Shown piece by piece: positions 1-8,642 of a stretch of DNA of 64,000 bases. Position 1 is the stretch's first letter. Each line of letters opens with the position of its first letter. This DNA comes from an uncultured Acidimicrobiales bacterium (GTDB lineage Bacteria; Actinomycetota; Acidimicrobiia; Acidimicrobiales; SHLQ01). Where the stretch lies: assembly GCA_938038785.1 (NCBI GenBank), contig CALHTB010000021.1:6279-70278 (forward strand), written 5' to 3'. Made by a program: the position numbers and the translations under genes. The notes under the pieces were generated by a model, which saw only the letters and a list, made by a program, of their open reading frames with translations, was not told the DNA's origin and ran no database searches.

Positions 1-678
1 AGCGATGCGGCGCCGAATTCGCTCGACGGTCCACACCGCACCATTCTCGGGGGTGTCCTCGAGGACAAGAGCGTAGAGGCCCTTGCTGGTGCGACACGCG
101 GTGTCGGATTCGCGCAAGGTTTCGATGAGATGCTCGGAGACCATCTTCGGTTCAGCCTGGTGCCGGTCGTCGCCCGAACCTCCGGTGACTTCCACCAGGA
201 CTACGGCGACCGGACGAAGATGACGGCGAGCCGCGGCGACGCGAGCTTCGACGGCGGCTCGGAAGTACGTCTCGGTGTAGAGGCCGGTGGCGGAGTCGGT
301 GATTGCTTGGCGAGCGGTAGACCCGGTGAGCTGAACCTCGTTCTTGATCTCTTCCTCGACGCGTTCGGCACGGGCGACCTCGCTGGCTTGGGTGGCAGCG
401 AGTTCGGTTCCGAGAGAGCGAACAGCGTCTTCGGCGGTGATACGAGCCTGGACTTGGGATGTGACTGCATCCTCGAGGCCAGCAGACTGTTTGCGCTCGT
501 GTTCGAGTTCGACTTTCGTGGCCGAAAGGTCGCGGGCCAGCACAAACCCAGCAAACGCAGCCCCAAGCGCAGCAATACCAGCAAACAGGCCGGTCCACGC
601 GCCTTCGAACACGCTGAGGATGCCGAGCACGAAGCCGGTGACTCCGACCGTTAACGCAACAAAGGCGCGCGAATCCAT
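1..678 (-). CDS. Membrane-anchored coiled-coil protein with a degenerate GGDEF-like domain (N-terminus in window, C-terminus runs off the left edge)
   Basis: Hand translation of the minus strand from ATG at 678, with AGGAGG a few nt upstream. MDSRAFVALTVGVTGFVLGILSVFEGAWTGLFAGIAALGAAFAGFVLA gives two TM helices, followed by a coiled-coil stretch. Then DSATGLYTETYF...PVAVVLVEV...LRESDTACRTSKGLYALVLEDT follows GGDEF-domain order, but SKGLY replaces GG(D/E)EF. Absent from the ORF track because there is no stop in the window. Confidence 0.6.
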   Translation of the reverse strand, partial: MDSRAFVALTVGVTGFVLGILSVFEGAWTGLFAGIAALGAAFAGFVLARDLSATKVELEHERKQSAGLEDAVTSQVQARITAEDAVRSLGTELAATQASEVARAERVEEEIKNEVQLTGSTARQAITDSATGLYTETYFRAAVEARVAAARRHLRPVAVVLVEVTGGSGDDRHQAEPKMVSEHLIETLRESDTACRTSKGLYALVLEDTPENGAVWTVERIRRRIA

Positions 679-725
679 CACGCCTCCTGTTTCGGTCTGT
701 GCAGTTCGTTTCTCAAGACATTCCT

Positions 726-1391
726 CTAGCTCAGACCGTAGTTCCACCCAAAAGGCGACCGGTCGGTGTTTACCGCCTTATCCAATCGCCGAAGGTACTC
801 GCTTCGTGATAGGTCGATCGCGCCAAGTGATGATAAATGTGGGGTCATCCATTGCACGTCGAAGAGATCGATTCCGAGCTCTCTCAACCGGTTTGTTAGA
901 TACACGAGCGCAGCTTTCGAGGCGTCGGTTTCGGTGTGGAACATCGATTCGCCTGCAAACAAGTGCCCTATCGATAGCCCATACACCCCACCGACCAGTT
1001 CGCCGTCGGCGTTTCGGGTTTCGACCGAGTGGGCCCAACCGAGCTTGTGAAGCCGGATGTAGGCGGATCGAATTTGGCTGTCGATCCACCCATGTGGCCG
1101 ATCGGGGTTGGCACACGAATCGATCACTTCAATGAATGCGGTGTTGATCGTGAAGGTGAAGCGGCGCATCGATTTCACCAGCGACCGGGACATGTACATG
1201 TCGATGGGCAAGATTGCGCGGGGGTCTGGCGACCACCATGCGATCGGCCCATCAGGCTCGAGAGGCATTGGGAAGATTCCCTGTGAATACGCAGCAAGAA
1301 TGGTCTCGGGATCGAGGTCGGCGCCGATGCCGACGATTCCATGCTCGTCGGCGCTATCGGCTGGTGGGAAAACCCACGAGCTGCCGGTCAT
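726..1391 (-). CDS. aat: Leucyl/phenylalanyl-tRNA--protein transferase
   Basis: 221-aa ORF. GIFPMP, WWSPDPRAILP, AHSVE and LVGGVYGLSIGHLFAGESMF line up with E. coli Aat over the whole length. Confidence 0.9.
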   Translation of the reverse strand: MTGSSWVFPPADSADEHGIVGIGADLDPETILAAYSQGIFPMPLEPDGPIAWWSPDPRAILPIDMYMSRSLVKSMRRFTFTINTAFIEVIDSCANPDRPHGWIDSQIRSAYIRLHKLGWAHSVETRNADGELVGGVYGLSIGHLFAGESMFHTETDASKAALVYLTNRLRELGIDLFDVQWMTPHLSSLGAIDLSRSEYLRRLDKAVNTDRSPFGWNYGLS

Positions 1392-1397
1392 CGAAAC

Positions 1398-1496
1398 TTA
1401 AGCGGAAAACGCAATCGCGATGAGCGGGGCGAGTAGCCCGACGATGAGAAGGATTCCGATGATGAGGGTCCAACGGCGTTTGGTTTCAGGAGACAC
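1398..1496 (-). CDS. Possible small single-TM peptide (32 aa) upstream of aat
   Basis: GTG ORF ending 6 nt before the aat start: VSPETKRRWTLIIGILLIVGLLAPLIAIAFSA. Supported only by hydrophobicity and position. Confidence 0.25.
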   Translation of the reverse strand: MSPETKRRWTLIIGILLIVGLLAPLIAIAFSA

Positions 1497-1520
1497 AATG
1501 CAACGTTACCGTGATCTGCC

Positions 1521-2732
1521 GTGGCTCTCGTTGTTCAAAAGTTTGGTGGCACCTCCGTTGCTGATGCAGACCGCATCCGCGAGGTAGCCGATCACGTCCG
1601 TCGCTGTCGCAAGCGAGGCGATCAAGTCGTACTCGTCGTGTCCGCAATGGGCAAAGAAACCGACGTTCTGTTGCGTCTGGCCGACGAAGTATCAAAGACT
1701 CAGCCAGGCCGCGAAATGGACTTGCTCATCACCGCTGGCGAACGCAAGGCCTGTGCTCTTGTCGCCATGGCACTGACCGATCTCGACGTGCCCAGCGCAT
1801 CCTTCACGGGAAGCCAGGCTGGATTTCTCACCGACACGAACCATCGCAACGCCAAGATCCTCGAGATCAACCCATATCGAATCCGTGAAGCGATCGACGC
1901 CGGAATGGTGCCCATCGTCGCCGGTTCCCAGGGCGTATCGTCAGACAAGGACGTCACCTTTCTTGGACGGGGCGGTTCCGACACCACCGCAGTTGCGCTC
2001 GCTCATGCGCTCGAAGCCGATGCGTGCGAGCTCTACACCGACGTATCCGGCGTCTTCACCACCGACCCTCGTGTCGTATCCGATGCCCGAAAGATGCCAA
2101 CGATCAGCTTTGACGAGCTGCTCGAAATGACCGCCGTTGGCTGCCCGAAGCCAGTGATGCGCTCGGTCGAAGTTGCCCAACGATTCCGCGTGCCGCTGCA
2201 CGTACGATCCGCATTCACCTGGGAGCCTGGCACCTGGGTGGTCGAGGAGGACCCCGAAATGGAAGAAGCAATCGTCAAGGCCATCGTGCCCGATACCTCC
2301 GAGGCCAAGGTCACCGTCTGCGGTGTGCCCGACAAGCCTGGTATCGCCGCCGGCATGTTCCGCGCCCTCGCCGAAGCTGGCGTGAACGTCGACATGATCG
2401 TGCAAAACATCTCGGCCGAAGGCGTCACCGACATCAGCTTCACCTGCCCGCACGAAGAAGCTGACACCGCATCAAACATCTGCAGCTCGGTCACCACCGG
2501 CCATGACTGCAAGGTCATCACCGACTCCGATGTCGGCCGTGTATCAGTCGTGGGTGCCGGCATGAAAAGCAACCCTGGCGTTGCTGCCAAGATGTTCGAA
2601 ACACTCGCAGCCAACGACATCAACATCGAGATGATCTCGACCTCGGCGATCCGCATCAGCTGCGTGGTCCGAGCCGACGACGTCGACAAAGCCACCCAAG
2701 CCCTCCACGACGCCTTCGAGCTCGCGCTGTAA
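1521..2732 (+). CDS. lysC: Aspartate kinase (aspartokinase alpha subunit)
   Basis: 403-aa ORF with a GTG start. N-terminus MALVVQKFGGTSV, a kinase core and two C-terminal ACT-like regions. Full-length resemblance to actinobacterial Ask/LysC. Confidence 0.95.
   Translation: MALVVQKFGGTSVADADRIREVADHVRRCRKRGDQVVLVVSAMGKETDVLLRLADEVSKTQPGREMDLLITAGERKACALVAMALTDLDVPSASFTGSQAGFLTDTNHRNAKILEINPYRIREAIDAGMVPIVAGSQGVSSDKDVTFLGRGGSDTTAVALAHALEADACELYTDVSGVFTTDPRVVSDARKMPTISFDELLEMTAVGCPKPVMRSVEVAQRFRVPLHVRSAFTWEPGTWVVEEDPEMEEAIVKAIVPDTSEAKVTVCGVPDKPGIAAGMFRALAEAGVNVDMIVQNISAEGVTDISFTCPHEEADTASNICSSVTTGHDCKVITDSDVGRVSVVGAGMKSNPGVAAKMFETLAANDINIEMISTSAIRISCVVRADDVDKATQALHDAFELAL
2259..2732 (+). CDS. 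lysC: Putative in-frame aspartokinase beta subunit (internal start)
   Basis: In-frame ATG at 2259 lies 8 nt after GAGGAGG (2244-2250). The product MEEAIVKAIVPDTSEAKVTV... parallels the beta-subunit start described for Corynebacterium/Mycobacterium lysC. Confidence 0.5.
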   Translation: MEEAIVKAIVPDTSEAKVTVCGVPDKPGIAAGMFRALAEAGVNVDMIVQNISAEGVTDISFTCPHEEADTASNICSSVTTGHDCKVITDSDVGRVSVVGAGMKSNPGVAAKMFETLAANDINIEMISTSAIRISCVVRADDVDKATQALHDAFELAL

Positions 2733-2741
2733 CTTCTCGAC

Positions 2742-2766
2742 ACTTCCGGTCGAGATCCGCGGAAGT
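2742..2766 (+). terminator. Weak hairpin after lysC
   Basis: ACTTCCG (2742-2748) pairs with CGGAAGT (2760-2766) around an 11-nt loop, 10 nt after the lysC stop. No U-tract. Confidence 0.3.
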
Positions 2767-2870
2767 CGACTTGGTCGTACGCTTCGCTCCCTGCCCGCTC
2801 GCCTGAGGCGCTTCCTTTGGGCGTATACAGGCTTTCGTTTTGGGTGGGCTCAGCGACACTCCGCCTGTTT

Positions 2871-3755
2871 CTAGTCCCTGTCTTGGTCGAGGATGTTTTG
2901 GGCTTCTGGGCTTAGCTTTCGTGATGCTGTTCTCTTTTGGGACTGCTTGGTCATTGCGTCGCCGATGAACACGATTGCACCTATCGACGCAGCCATAAGG
3001 AAGGGCAGTACCAGGAACGACGGCCCGCCAATTGAACCGAGGATGACGAAGACCAAGATCAGCACGACGGCGAGGAACACGATGCGCCCGTTACTTATTT
3101 GGCGCAGGCCGTCGATGGCATCATCAGATGTCGGATCTGCCCGACCGGCCTGCACGTAATAGTCGCCCGCCTCATGCGTGCGGCCCTGCTTCGCCGTCGC
3201 CGCTGCAAGCAGATTGAGCGCCGCTGCATTATTGGGGTCGATGTTGAGCGCACGCCGTGCCGACACCTCAGCTGCAGTGACCTGCTTCTGCGCCAGATGC
3301 ACATGCCCGTCAGCCACGTGCATCGCCGAGCTGTTCGGGTGAGCAAGCACACCGGCATCGGCGACCTCGCGGGCCTCGGAGATCATCGACGTTCGTTCGC
3401 GACGCGACCCGCCGCTAAGCAAAATGTCAATCGAGACCAGCATCGCGAACCGGCTCGTGGGGTCGATAGCCCGTGCGGCCCGCACCGTCTCGACGGCCTT
3501 GCCGGTCGCATTACAGGCTCGTTGCATGTAGCCGAGCTCGGCAAGTAGCTCGGCGTCATGCGGCTCGATCGCCACCGCTTGTTCGGCGAACTTGAGTGCC
3601 TGAACCGGGTCTTCCATTCCTCGCAGTGAACGCGCTAGCGCACTCAATAGGTAGGCGTTGTTGGGATCTTCCGAAAGCCCTGCGAGGGCTGCCTCTTTGG
3701 CGTCGCGATATTGGCCACGGGCAAGAAGGATGTTGCATCGGGCGTACGCACTCAC
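2871..3755 (-). CDS. TPR-repeat protein with C-terminal transmembrane segments
   Basis: 294-aa ORF. Repeated A/L/Y-rich 34-residue-like units (DPNNAYLLSALARSL..., IDPNNAAALNLLAAA...). Hydrophobic tail IVFLAVVLILVFVILGSIGGPSFLVLPFLMAASIGAIVFIG. Confidence 0.7.
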   Translation of the reverse strand: MSAYARCNILLARGQYRDAKEAALAGLSEDPNNAYLLSALARSLRGMEDPVQALKFAEQAVAIEPHDAELLAELGYMQRACNATGKAVETVRAARAIDPTSRFAMLVSIDILLSGGSRRERTSMISEAREVADAGVLAHPNSSAMHVADGHVHLAQKQVTAAEVSARRALNIDPNNAAALNLLAAATAKQGRTHEAGDYYVQAGRADPTSDDAIDGLRQISNGRIVFLAVVLILVFVILGSIGGPSFLVLPFLMAASIGAIVFIGDAMTKQSQKRTASRKLSPEAQNILDQDRD

Positions 3756-3805
3756 ACATTTACGGTAGGTCGTGTCCGAGAGAGTCGTGGCTATCCTCGA
3801 CGTTC

Positions 3806-4528
3806 GTGACTAGCGCCAACTCCACCGCCGAGCTTCGTGTGGTGACGTGGAACATTGAGCACGGCGAGGCGGTAGAAGCTGCAATTCACCAACTCACGAC
3901 CAACCCAAAGCTCGCAGATGCCGATCTGGTACTGCTGCAGGAAATGGACGACGAAGGTCCAGCGCAGATCGCCGAAGCGCTGGGCATGACACACCGATAC
4001 TTCGCCGGATGCACCCACACCGGCACCGGCCGCCCGTTCGGCAATGCGATTCTGGCGCGAGGAACGATCTTGGACTGCGAGGCCATCGTGCTGCCACACT
4101 TGGCTCGGATCCTGGGGCAACGTCGAACCGCAGTGCAGGGAACGGTCCGCCTCGATCGGTTCGGCGGCGAGCCGCTGGTGGTCTGGAGCGTGCACGCCGA
4201 GGTCTCGACCCTCCCGCATCGCCGACAGGTGGCCCAGTACCACACCGTCGCCGATGCCGTGGCTGCGTCGAACGCCAAACGGGCCCTGGTCGGCGGTGAC
4301 TTCAACACCGCATCACCTCGTTCACTCCGAGCGCTGATCGCCGCGATGGCAAGCGTCGAAGCCGAGCGGGCGAACGCTGATGCAGGTCGCACGTTCACAC
4401 GGTTTGGGCGCGGCTTCGAGCTCGATCAGATCTTCACCCGCGGGTTCGACGTGGTCGAAGTTGGGGTTGTTCACGACCACGACGCGAGCGACCACGATCC
4501 GGTTTGGGCGACGCTTCGGGCCAGCTAG
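3806..4528 (+). CDS. Endonuclease/exonuclease/phosphatase (EEP) family protein
   Basis: VVTWNIEHGE near the N-terminus and SDHDPVWATL at the C-terminus are typical EEP motifs. I chose the in-frame GTG at 3806 because the longer ORF (from 3596) overlaps the TPR gene. Confidence 0.7.
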   Translation: MTSANSTAELRVVTWNIEHGEAVEAAIHQLTTNPKLADADLVLLQEMDDEGPAQIAEALGMTHRYFAGCTHTGTGRPFGNAILARGTILDCEAIVLPHLARILGQRRTAVQGTVRLDRFGGEPLVVWSVHAEVSTLPHRRQVAQYHTVADAVAASNAKRALVGGDFNTASPRSLRALIAAMASVEAERANADAGRTFTRFGRGFELDQIFTRGFDVVEVGVVHDHDASDHDPVWATLRAS

Positions 4529-6021
4529 GAAGCTCGCAACTTCGGAATGCAGTCGCATCCAATGCGCCCGGTGGCGTCCAAACGATCGGGCATCTCGCGG
4601 GGAGGGTTGTTACGGACGGTTCGAACCACAGTCTCGACGACCCGCCGATCCCATTGCGACCCTGCGTAGCGCTCCAGGATCTCGATCGCTGCTTCGCGGT
4701 CGAGGTCAGGGCGATACCTGCGGGTATTTGACAGGGCATCGAACGCGTCGCAGACCGAGACGATTCGAGCGTTCAGGGGAACCTGTGGGCCGAGGAGGCC
4801 TTTCGGGTATCCAGACCCGTCGATATGTTCATGGTGCGCCATGATCGCCGGTGCGATCGACTTCAAGGCCGGCGAGTCAGCCACGATTTCAGCGCCGTAA
4901 ATGGCGTGTCGTTTCACGATTGCGTAGTCGCGATCCTCAAGCTCGCCTGTGCTGTTCACGAGGGTGTCTGGAATGAGGAGCATCCCGATGTCGTGCAACA
5001 GCGCGGTAAGGCCGAGATCTCGTAGGTCCATTCCGCGTAGCCCGAGCTTGGGGCCGATGGTCATCGCCAGCTCGGTTGTGCGGACGATGTGATCGGCGGT
5101 AATTGGATCTTTGTCTTCGAGATCTGCGATGAACTTGTGAACCGAAGGCTCGATACCTACTTCGAGAGCGCATCGAGGGTCCACCAGGATGATCGATTCA
5201 ATCAGTGGACGTACATAGTTGGTCATGCGATACGCCGTGAGCGCGCCGATCGTTGCGGCGATGGTTCCGAACATGAGCAGAAAGTGCGACAACCAGAACG
5301 AGACCGAGTACGGCGCGGACTCAAGCCACATCAACATCGACGCCCCAACAAGGCCGTATCCAAGAGAAACGAGGAGAGGACTTGTTGATCGGGCGATCAA
5401 CGCAAGTTCGTAGTGACGCTTTGAGTACAACGCACAGCCCAACACGCTGATGACCACGATCGCCGTGGTGGCTTGAGAGCCAACGGTGGGCGATGGAAGC
5501 AGCTTGTCGAACGTGAGAACGAGGGCTCCGAACGCGACGATCGAGTATTGGATCGTGGTGACCCACTGCTGCCACTCGGCGTCGACGGATTGCCCAGCAA
5601 CTGTCCGTCCAAGTACCGCTGGTAGGCCAGCAACGAGCGCAGCAGGCACCGCCCAAAACACCGTCGGTGAGGCGGTCGAACTTGCTCCGAACAACACGCC
5701 GGGCGTCGTGATTCCGTGCGCAAGCGAAAGCACACTGATCGCGAAGAAGAAGAGACCCAAATAGCCGAGCTCAACTTCGTTTGTTCGCCTCGCTCTGCTG
5801 ATGAGCATGCCCGAGCTGATCGAGGCGAGTGCCATAACCGCCAGAACGATCACAAAGAGCGTCGTTGCTGATCCGATCGCATCCCCGCTCGAACCCAACA
5901 ATCTGGTCGGGAGAAGCTGGATCAAAATAGGCACGATGAGCGCCGCCAGCCAGAGGCTGCGAATCGACGAAGGTCGCGCAAATTCAGGGGAAGGGGCCGA
6001 CATTCTGGTCAATCGGCGCAA
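4525..6021 (-). CDS. Polytopic membrane protein with C-terminal HD-GYP domain (c-di-GMP phosphodiesterase family)
   Basis: About 260 aa of hydrophobic helices, then LLHDIGM and HHEHIDGSGYPKGL (HD and GYP motifs). The start could instead be the Met at 6003. Confidence 0.85.
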   Translation of the reverse strand: MRRLTRMSAPSPEFARPSSIRSLWLAALIVPILIQLLPTRLLGSSGDAIGSATTLFVIVLAVMALASISSGMLISRARRTNEVELGYLGLFFFAISVLSLAHGITTPGVLFGASSTASPTVFWAVPAALVAGLPAVLGRTVAGQSVDAEWQQWVTTIQYSIVAFGALVLTFDKLLPSPTVGSQATTAIVVISVLGCALYSKRHYELALIARSTSPLLVSLGYGLVGASMLMWLESAPYSVSFWLSHFLLMFGTIAATIGALTAYRMTNYVRPLIESIILVDPRCALEVGIEPSVHKFIADLEDKDPITADHIVRTTELAMTIGPKLGLRGMDLRDLGLTALLHDIGMLLIPDTLVNSTGELEDRDYAIVKRHAIYGAEIVADSPALKSIAPAIMAHHEHIDGSGYPKGLLGPQVPLNARIVSVCDAFDALSNTRRYRPDLDREAAIEILERYAGSQWDRRVVETVVRTVRNNPPREMPDRLDATGRIGCDCIPKLRAS

Positions 6022-6116
6022 AAAAGGTGAGAATGAGCCAAATTTCGCCCATTACGTGGCGAATCGCGTGGCAATTCGCGACATTCTGTGGCATCAATAG
6101 AGGGACGGGCGAAAGA

Positions 6117-7604
6117 GTGGAGTTTCGGGTGGGCAACCGTCGCCCCTTCGACATTAAGCCGACTGTATTTGTCGTAATCTTCAGCCTGGTTCTGGCCGGG
6201 GTCCTGATTGCGATCGAGAGTCGGTCGACAGATGCGGTAGAAACCGCAGCTGCGCGCGCTCTTGAAGAGGGCGCTGCACGCGTAAATGCTCGCCAGGTTG
6301 GAGTTCAACTCTCAGGCCGCCAGGTCGTTTCTCCCGACTTATCTCCCGAGACCGTTGCTTTGGCCGACGGCGCAGCGCCAGCTATCGCAGTCGACCCGGT
6401 TGACGTTGTCGTTGCTGGCGAAAACGAGAGCAACGAACTGCCAGAAGATGCTCCCGCTGTCGAAAGCAACGAAAGCGGCAACGACGACGGCAATGACATA
6501 ACGACAAGCTCTGATGACTCAGGCGATGCGGTGGAGGTAGCGGCACCACCTACGACGGTGGCAGCGACCACCACGGTTGCGCCAGCCCCCGAAGCCGTCA
6601 CGACCACCACGGCCGCACCTACAACCACGACCACCACAACAACCACTACTGCTGCGCCTCGAGTAACTACGACCCGAGCTCCTCGCACTACCACTACCCG
6701 AGCTCCACGGACCACCACCACCCGAGCTCCACGAACAACGACAACGACCACCACCACCACGACGACCACCACAACAACGACAACGACCACCACCACAGCG
6801 GCGCCGCCCCCGGTGAACGGACGTTGGAGCGTCGCCCAAGTTATCGATGGCACCATCGGCGCAGGAGACGGCAGCAACCCGAATGAAGAAGCGCCGATGG
6901 GACGTCACGACGCTCCGTTGTACCTGCCGCAAGGTTGGAACTGGGCCCAAGGCCCAACCCGAAACTCGCTCTGGGGAAACCTCGGATCAAACCAGTTCGC
7001 AGAGTTCCGATGCGCTGTCATTCCCGAAAACGGACACAACCCACCGGTGCCGTTCCGCGTAAACATCCGGTCTGGTGCGTACTACCAGTACGCCAACGGA
7101 AATTGGAACAAGGCGTTTGACGTTGCGCTCACGTCCACGGCCAACGGCGGCTACCTGGGCAAAGCGGGACAGCTGAACCCTGACCCGTTCAGCAGTGGCG
7201 GACCCGGACGAATCGAGTGGCGACGCGAGGCCGATGGCAGTTACTCAGCTCCATGGAACGCGCAAGCGCTGATGATGCACTTCTGGGCTGGCAAGCGTCA
7301 GTCGCCAGCATCGGGGCAGACCGCCGAGTTCCTCTCCTCCGAGATGCGCTTGCAGCAACCGGACGGTCAGACGGTCGACCTGTCCCAGGTGAAGGTGCTG
7401 TTCCAGTGCGGCATCGACTACTACAACTCTCGCGGTGGCCAGGGCACAAAGGTTCCGGGTCCCGGAATCGCGAAGTATCACCGCCTGACGCCCTCTTGGA
7501 CGGCTGGGCTATGGGTGACGCTGCCAGGCAATGCGCCGGCCGCATCCAGTGCTGACTTCCGGCGATGGCTCGAAGCAAACCTTCCACCCGACGTGAGGCC
7601 GTAA
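6117..7604 (+). CDS. N-terminally anchored or secreted protein with an acidic region, a Thr-rich linker and an unassigned C-terminal domain
   Basis: TM or signal segment TVFVVIFSLVLAGVLIAI. TTTRAPR x3 followed by a run of more than 20 Thr. The roughly 270-aa C-terminal domain (GRWSVAQVIDG...DYYNSRGGQGTKVPGP...) matches nothing I recognise. Start is uncertain (GTG 6117 chosen; the track ORF begins at 6027, 5 nt from the divergent gene). Confidence 0.6.
   Translation: MEFRVGNRRPFDIKPTVFVVIFSLVLAGVLIAIESRSTDAVETAAARALEEGAARVNARQVGVQLSGRQVVSPDLSPETVALADGAAPAIAVDPVDVVVAGENESNELPEDAPAVESNESGNDDGNDITTSSDDSGDAVEVAAPPTTVAATTTVAPAPEAVTTTTAAPTTTTTTTTTTAAPRVTTTRAPRTTTTRAPRTTTTRAPRTTTTTTTTTTTTTTTTTTTTTAAPPPVNGRWSVAQVIDGTIGAGDGSNPNEEAPMGRHDAPLYLPQGWNWAQGPTRNSLWGNLGSNQFAEFRCAVIPENGHNPPVPFRVNIRSGAYYQYANGNWNKAFDVALTSTANGGYLGKAGQLNPDPFSSGGPGRIEWRREADGSYSAPWNAQALMMHFWAGKRQSPASGQTAEFLSSEMRLQQPDGQTVDLSQVKVLFQCGIDYYNSRGGQGTKVPGPGIAKYHRLTPSWTAGLWVTLPGNAPAASSADFRRWLEANLPPDVRP
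6673..6744 (+). repeat. Three tandem 24-bp coding repeats (RAPRTTTT units) leading into a poly-Thr (ACN)n tract
   Basis: CCCGAGCTCC recurs at 6673, 6697 and 6721 (period 24 bp). ACC/ACG/ACA codons continue to about 6797. Confidence 0.85.
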
Positions 7605-7641
7605 CGCCCGAGAGCGCACCAACGCAAGGTTGGTGAGATTT

Positions 7642-8442
7642 CTACTTCTTCCAGTCGAAGAAGTGAAAGACCAGTGCTTCGAGCGATACCGCAAACAGCG
7701 TCCACGGCTCATCGCTGCCGCTACGTACGATGCCGGTTTGGCGATACGACGAAGCCAAGCGCAAGGCCAGGCCCTCGTTGATCGAGTACGCCGCCGCCGA
7801 GAACTGATCCATCTCGTACTCGGGCCGAAGCTCGAGCCCGAGGGCTTTGCCGGTTTCAGCATAGAACTGGGCGTACTCACGAATGAGATAGTCCTCACCC
7901 TTGGTCAACGAGTCCATCACCGCTGGATCGGCATCGGGTCGAGTTATTGCTGCGGCACGAAGGGCGGTATAGAGCCGCCAGTTCGCACTCTGGGCAAGCG
8001 CTTGGTGGTTGAACTCGCCCACCAGGCGGATCAGGTCGACGATGACTGCTTTGCGAGCGTCGAGATCGTCGGTGCGCAGCGCCTCACGGTTGGCGTCCAG
8101 CTGACGAGTCGTGTACTCACGAGTTGCTGGCAACCCCGCGACCGCCGGAATGCTGAGCAAGTCAAGCACGGTCGCGCGTCGAAAGGCATCCTGAGGAGTT
8201 TCATCTCCCTCGCGCCAGATCTTGTACGACATTCCTCGTGGAACGTCGGCATCGAGGATTGCTCCATCGAGCGTCACCGCATCGAGGCCCGACTCGACTC
8301 CGCTAACTCGCAGCGTCGCAATTGCGGCGTCGATTAGTCGGCGTCGAACTTCTGTCGGGGGATACTTCGGAGGACGACCGCGAGGTCGTTTGTCAGGGGC
8401 CACGGCTAGTGCTTTCTGTGCAAGGATTCCGCCGCCGCTCAC
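7642..8442 (-). CDS. Putative transcriptional regulator (TetR-like N-terminus), function unknown
   Basis: DKRPRGRPPKYPPTEVRRRLIDAAIATLRVSG resembles the start of TetR/AcrR-type HTH proteins, and the rest is helical. The first roughly 36 codons of the track ORF lie in AT-rich DNA and are probably non-coding. Start taken at GTG 8442; GTG 8403 is also possible. Confidence 0.4.
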   Translation of the reverse strand: MSGGGILAQKALAVAPDKRPRGRPPKYPPTEVRRRLIDAAIATLRVSGVESGLDAVTLDGAILDADVPRGMSYKIWREGDETPQDAFRRATVLDLLSIPAVAGLPATREYTTRQLDANREALRTDDLDARKAVIVDLIRLVGEFNHQALAQSANWRLYTALRAAAITRPDADPAVMDSLTKGEDYLIREYAQFYAETGKALGLELRPEYEMDQFSAAAYSINEGLALRLASSYRQTGIVRSGSDEPWTLFAVSLEALVFHFFDWKK

Positions 8443-8642
8443 CCGATTCTGCCACTCGGTGTCAATTGCTGTGTACCTATTCTGACCCTTGCCCAAAAAC
8501 AGGGACCGGCCTTTACATTCCCGAAACAAACATAAAAACGCCTTCCGCAAATGTCGACATCTGCCCTATATCGACTACGACGGCGCTGTGTCAATGCTCT
8601 GAATTCGCCAATCCCCGAAAGGGGTTGCGCTAGGTTGCCGAG

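Noticed and set aside
6305-6877. Poly-Val ORF (190 aa) on the minus strand
   Set aside because: It is the reverse complement of the poly-Thr (ACN)n tract of the secreted protein, so it is an artefact of the repeat.
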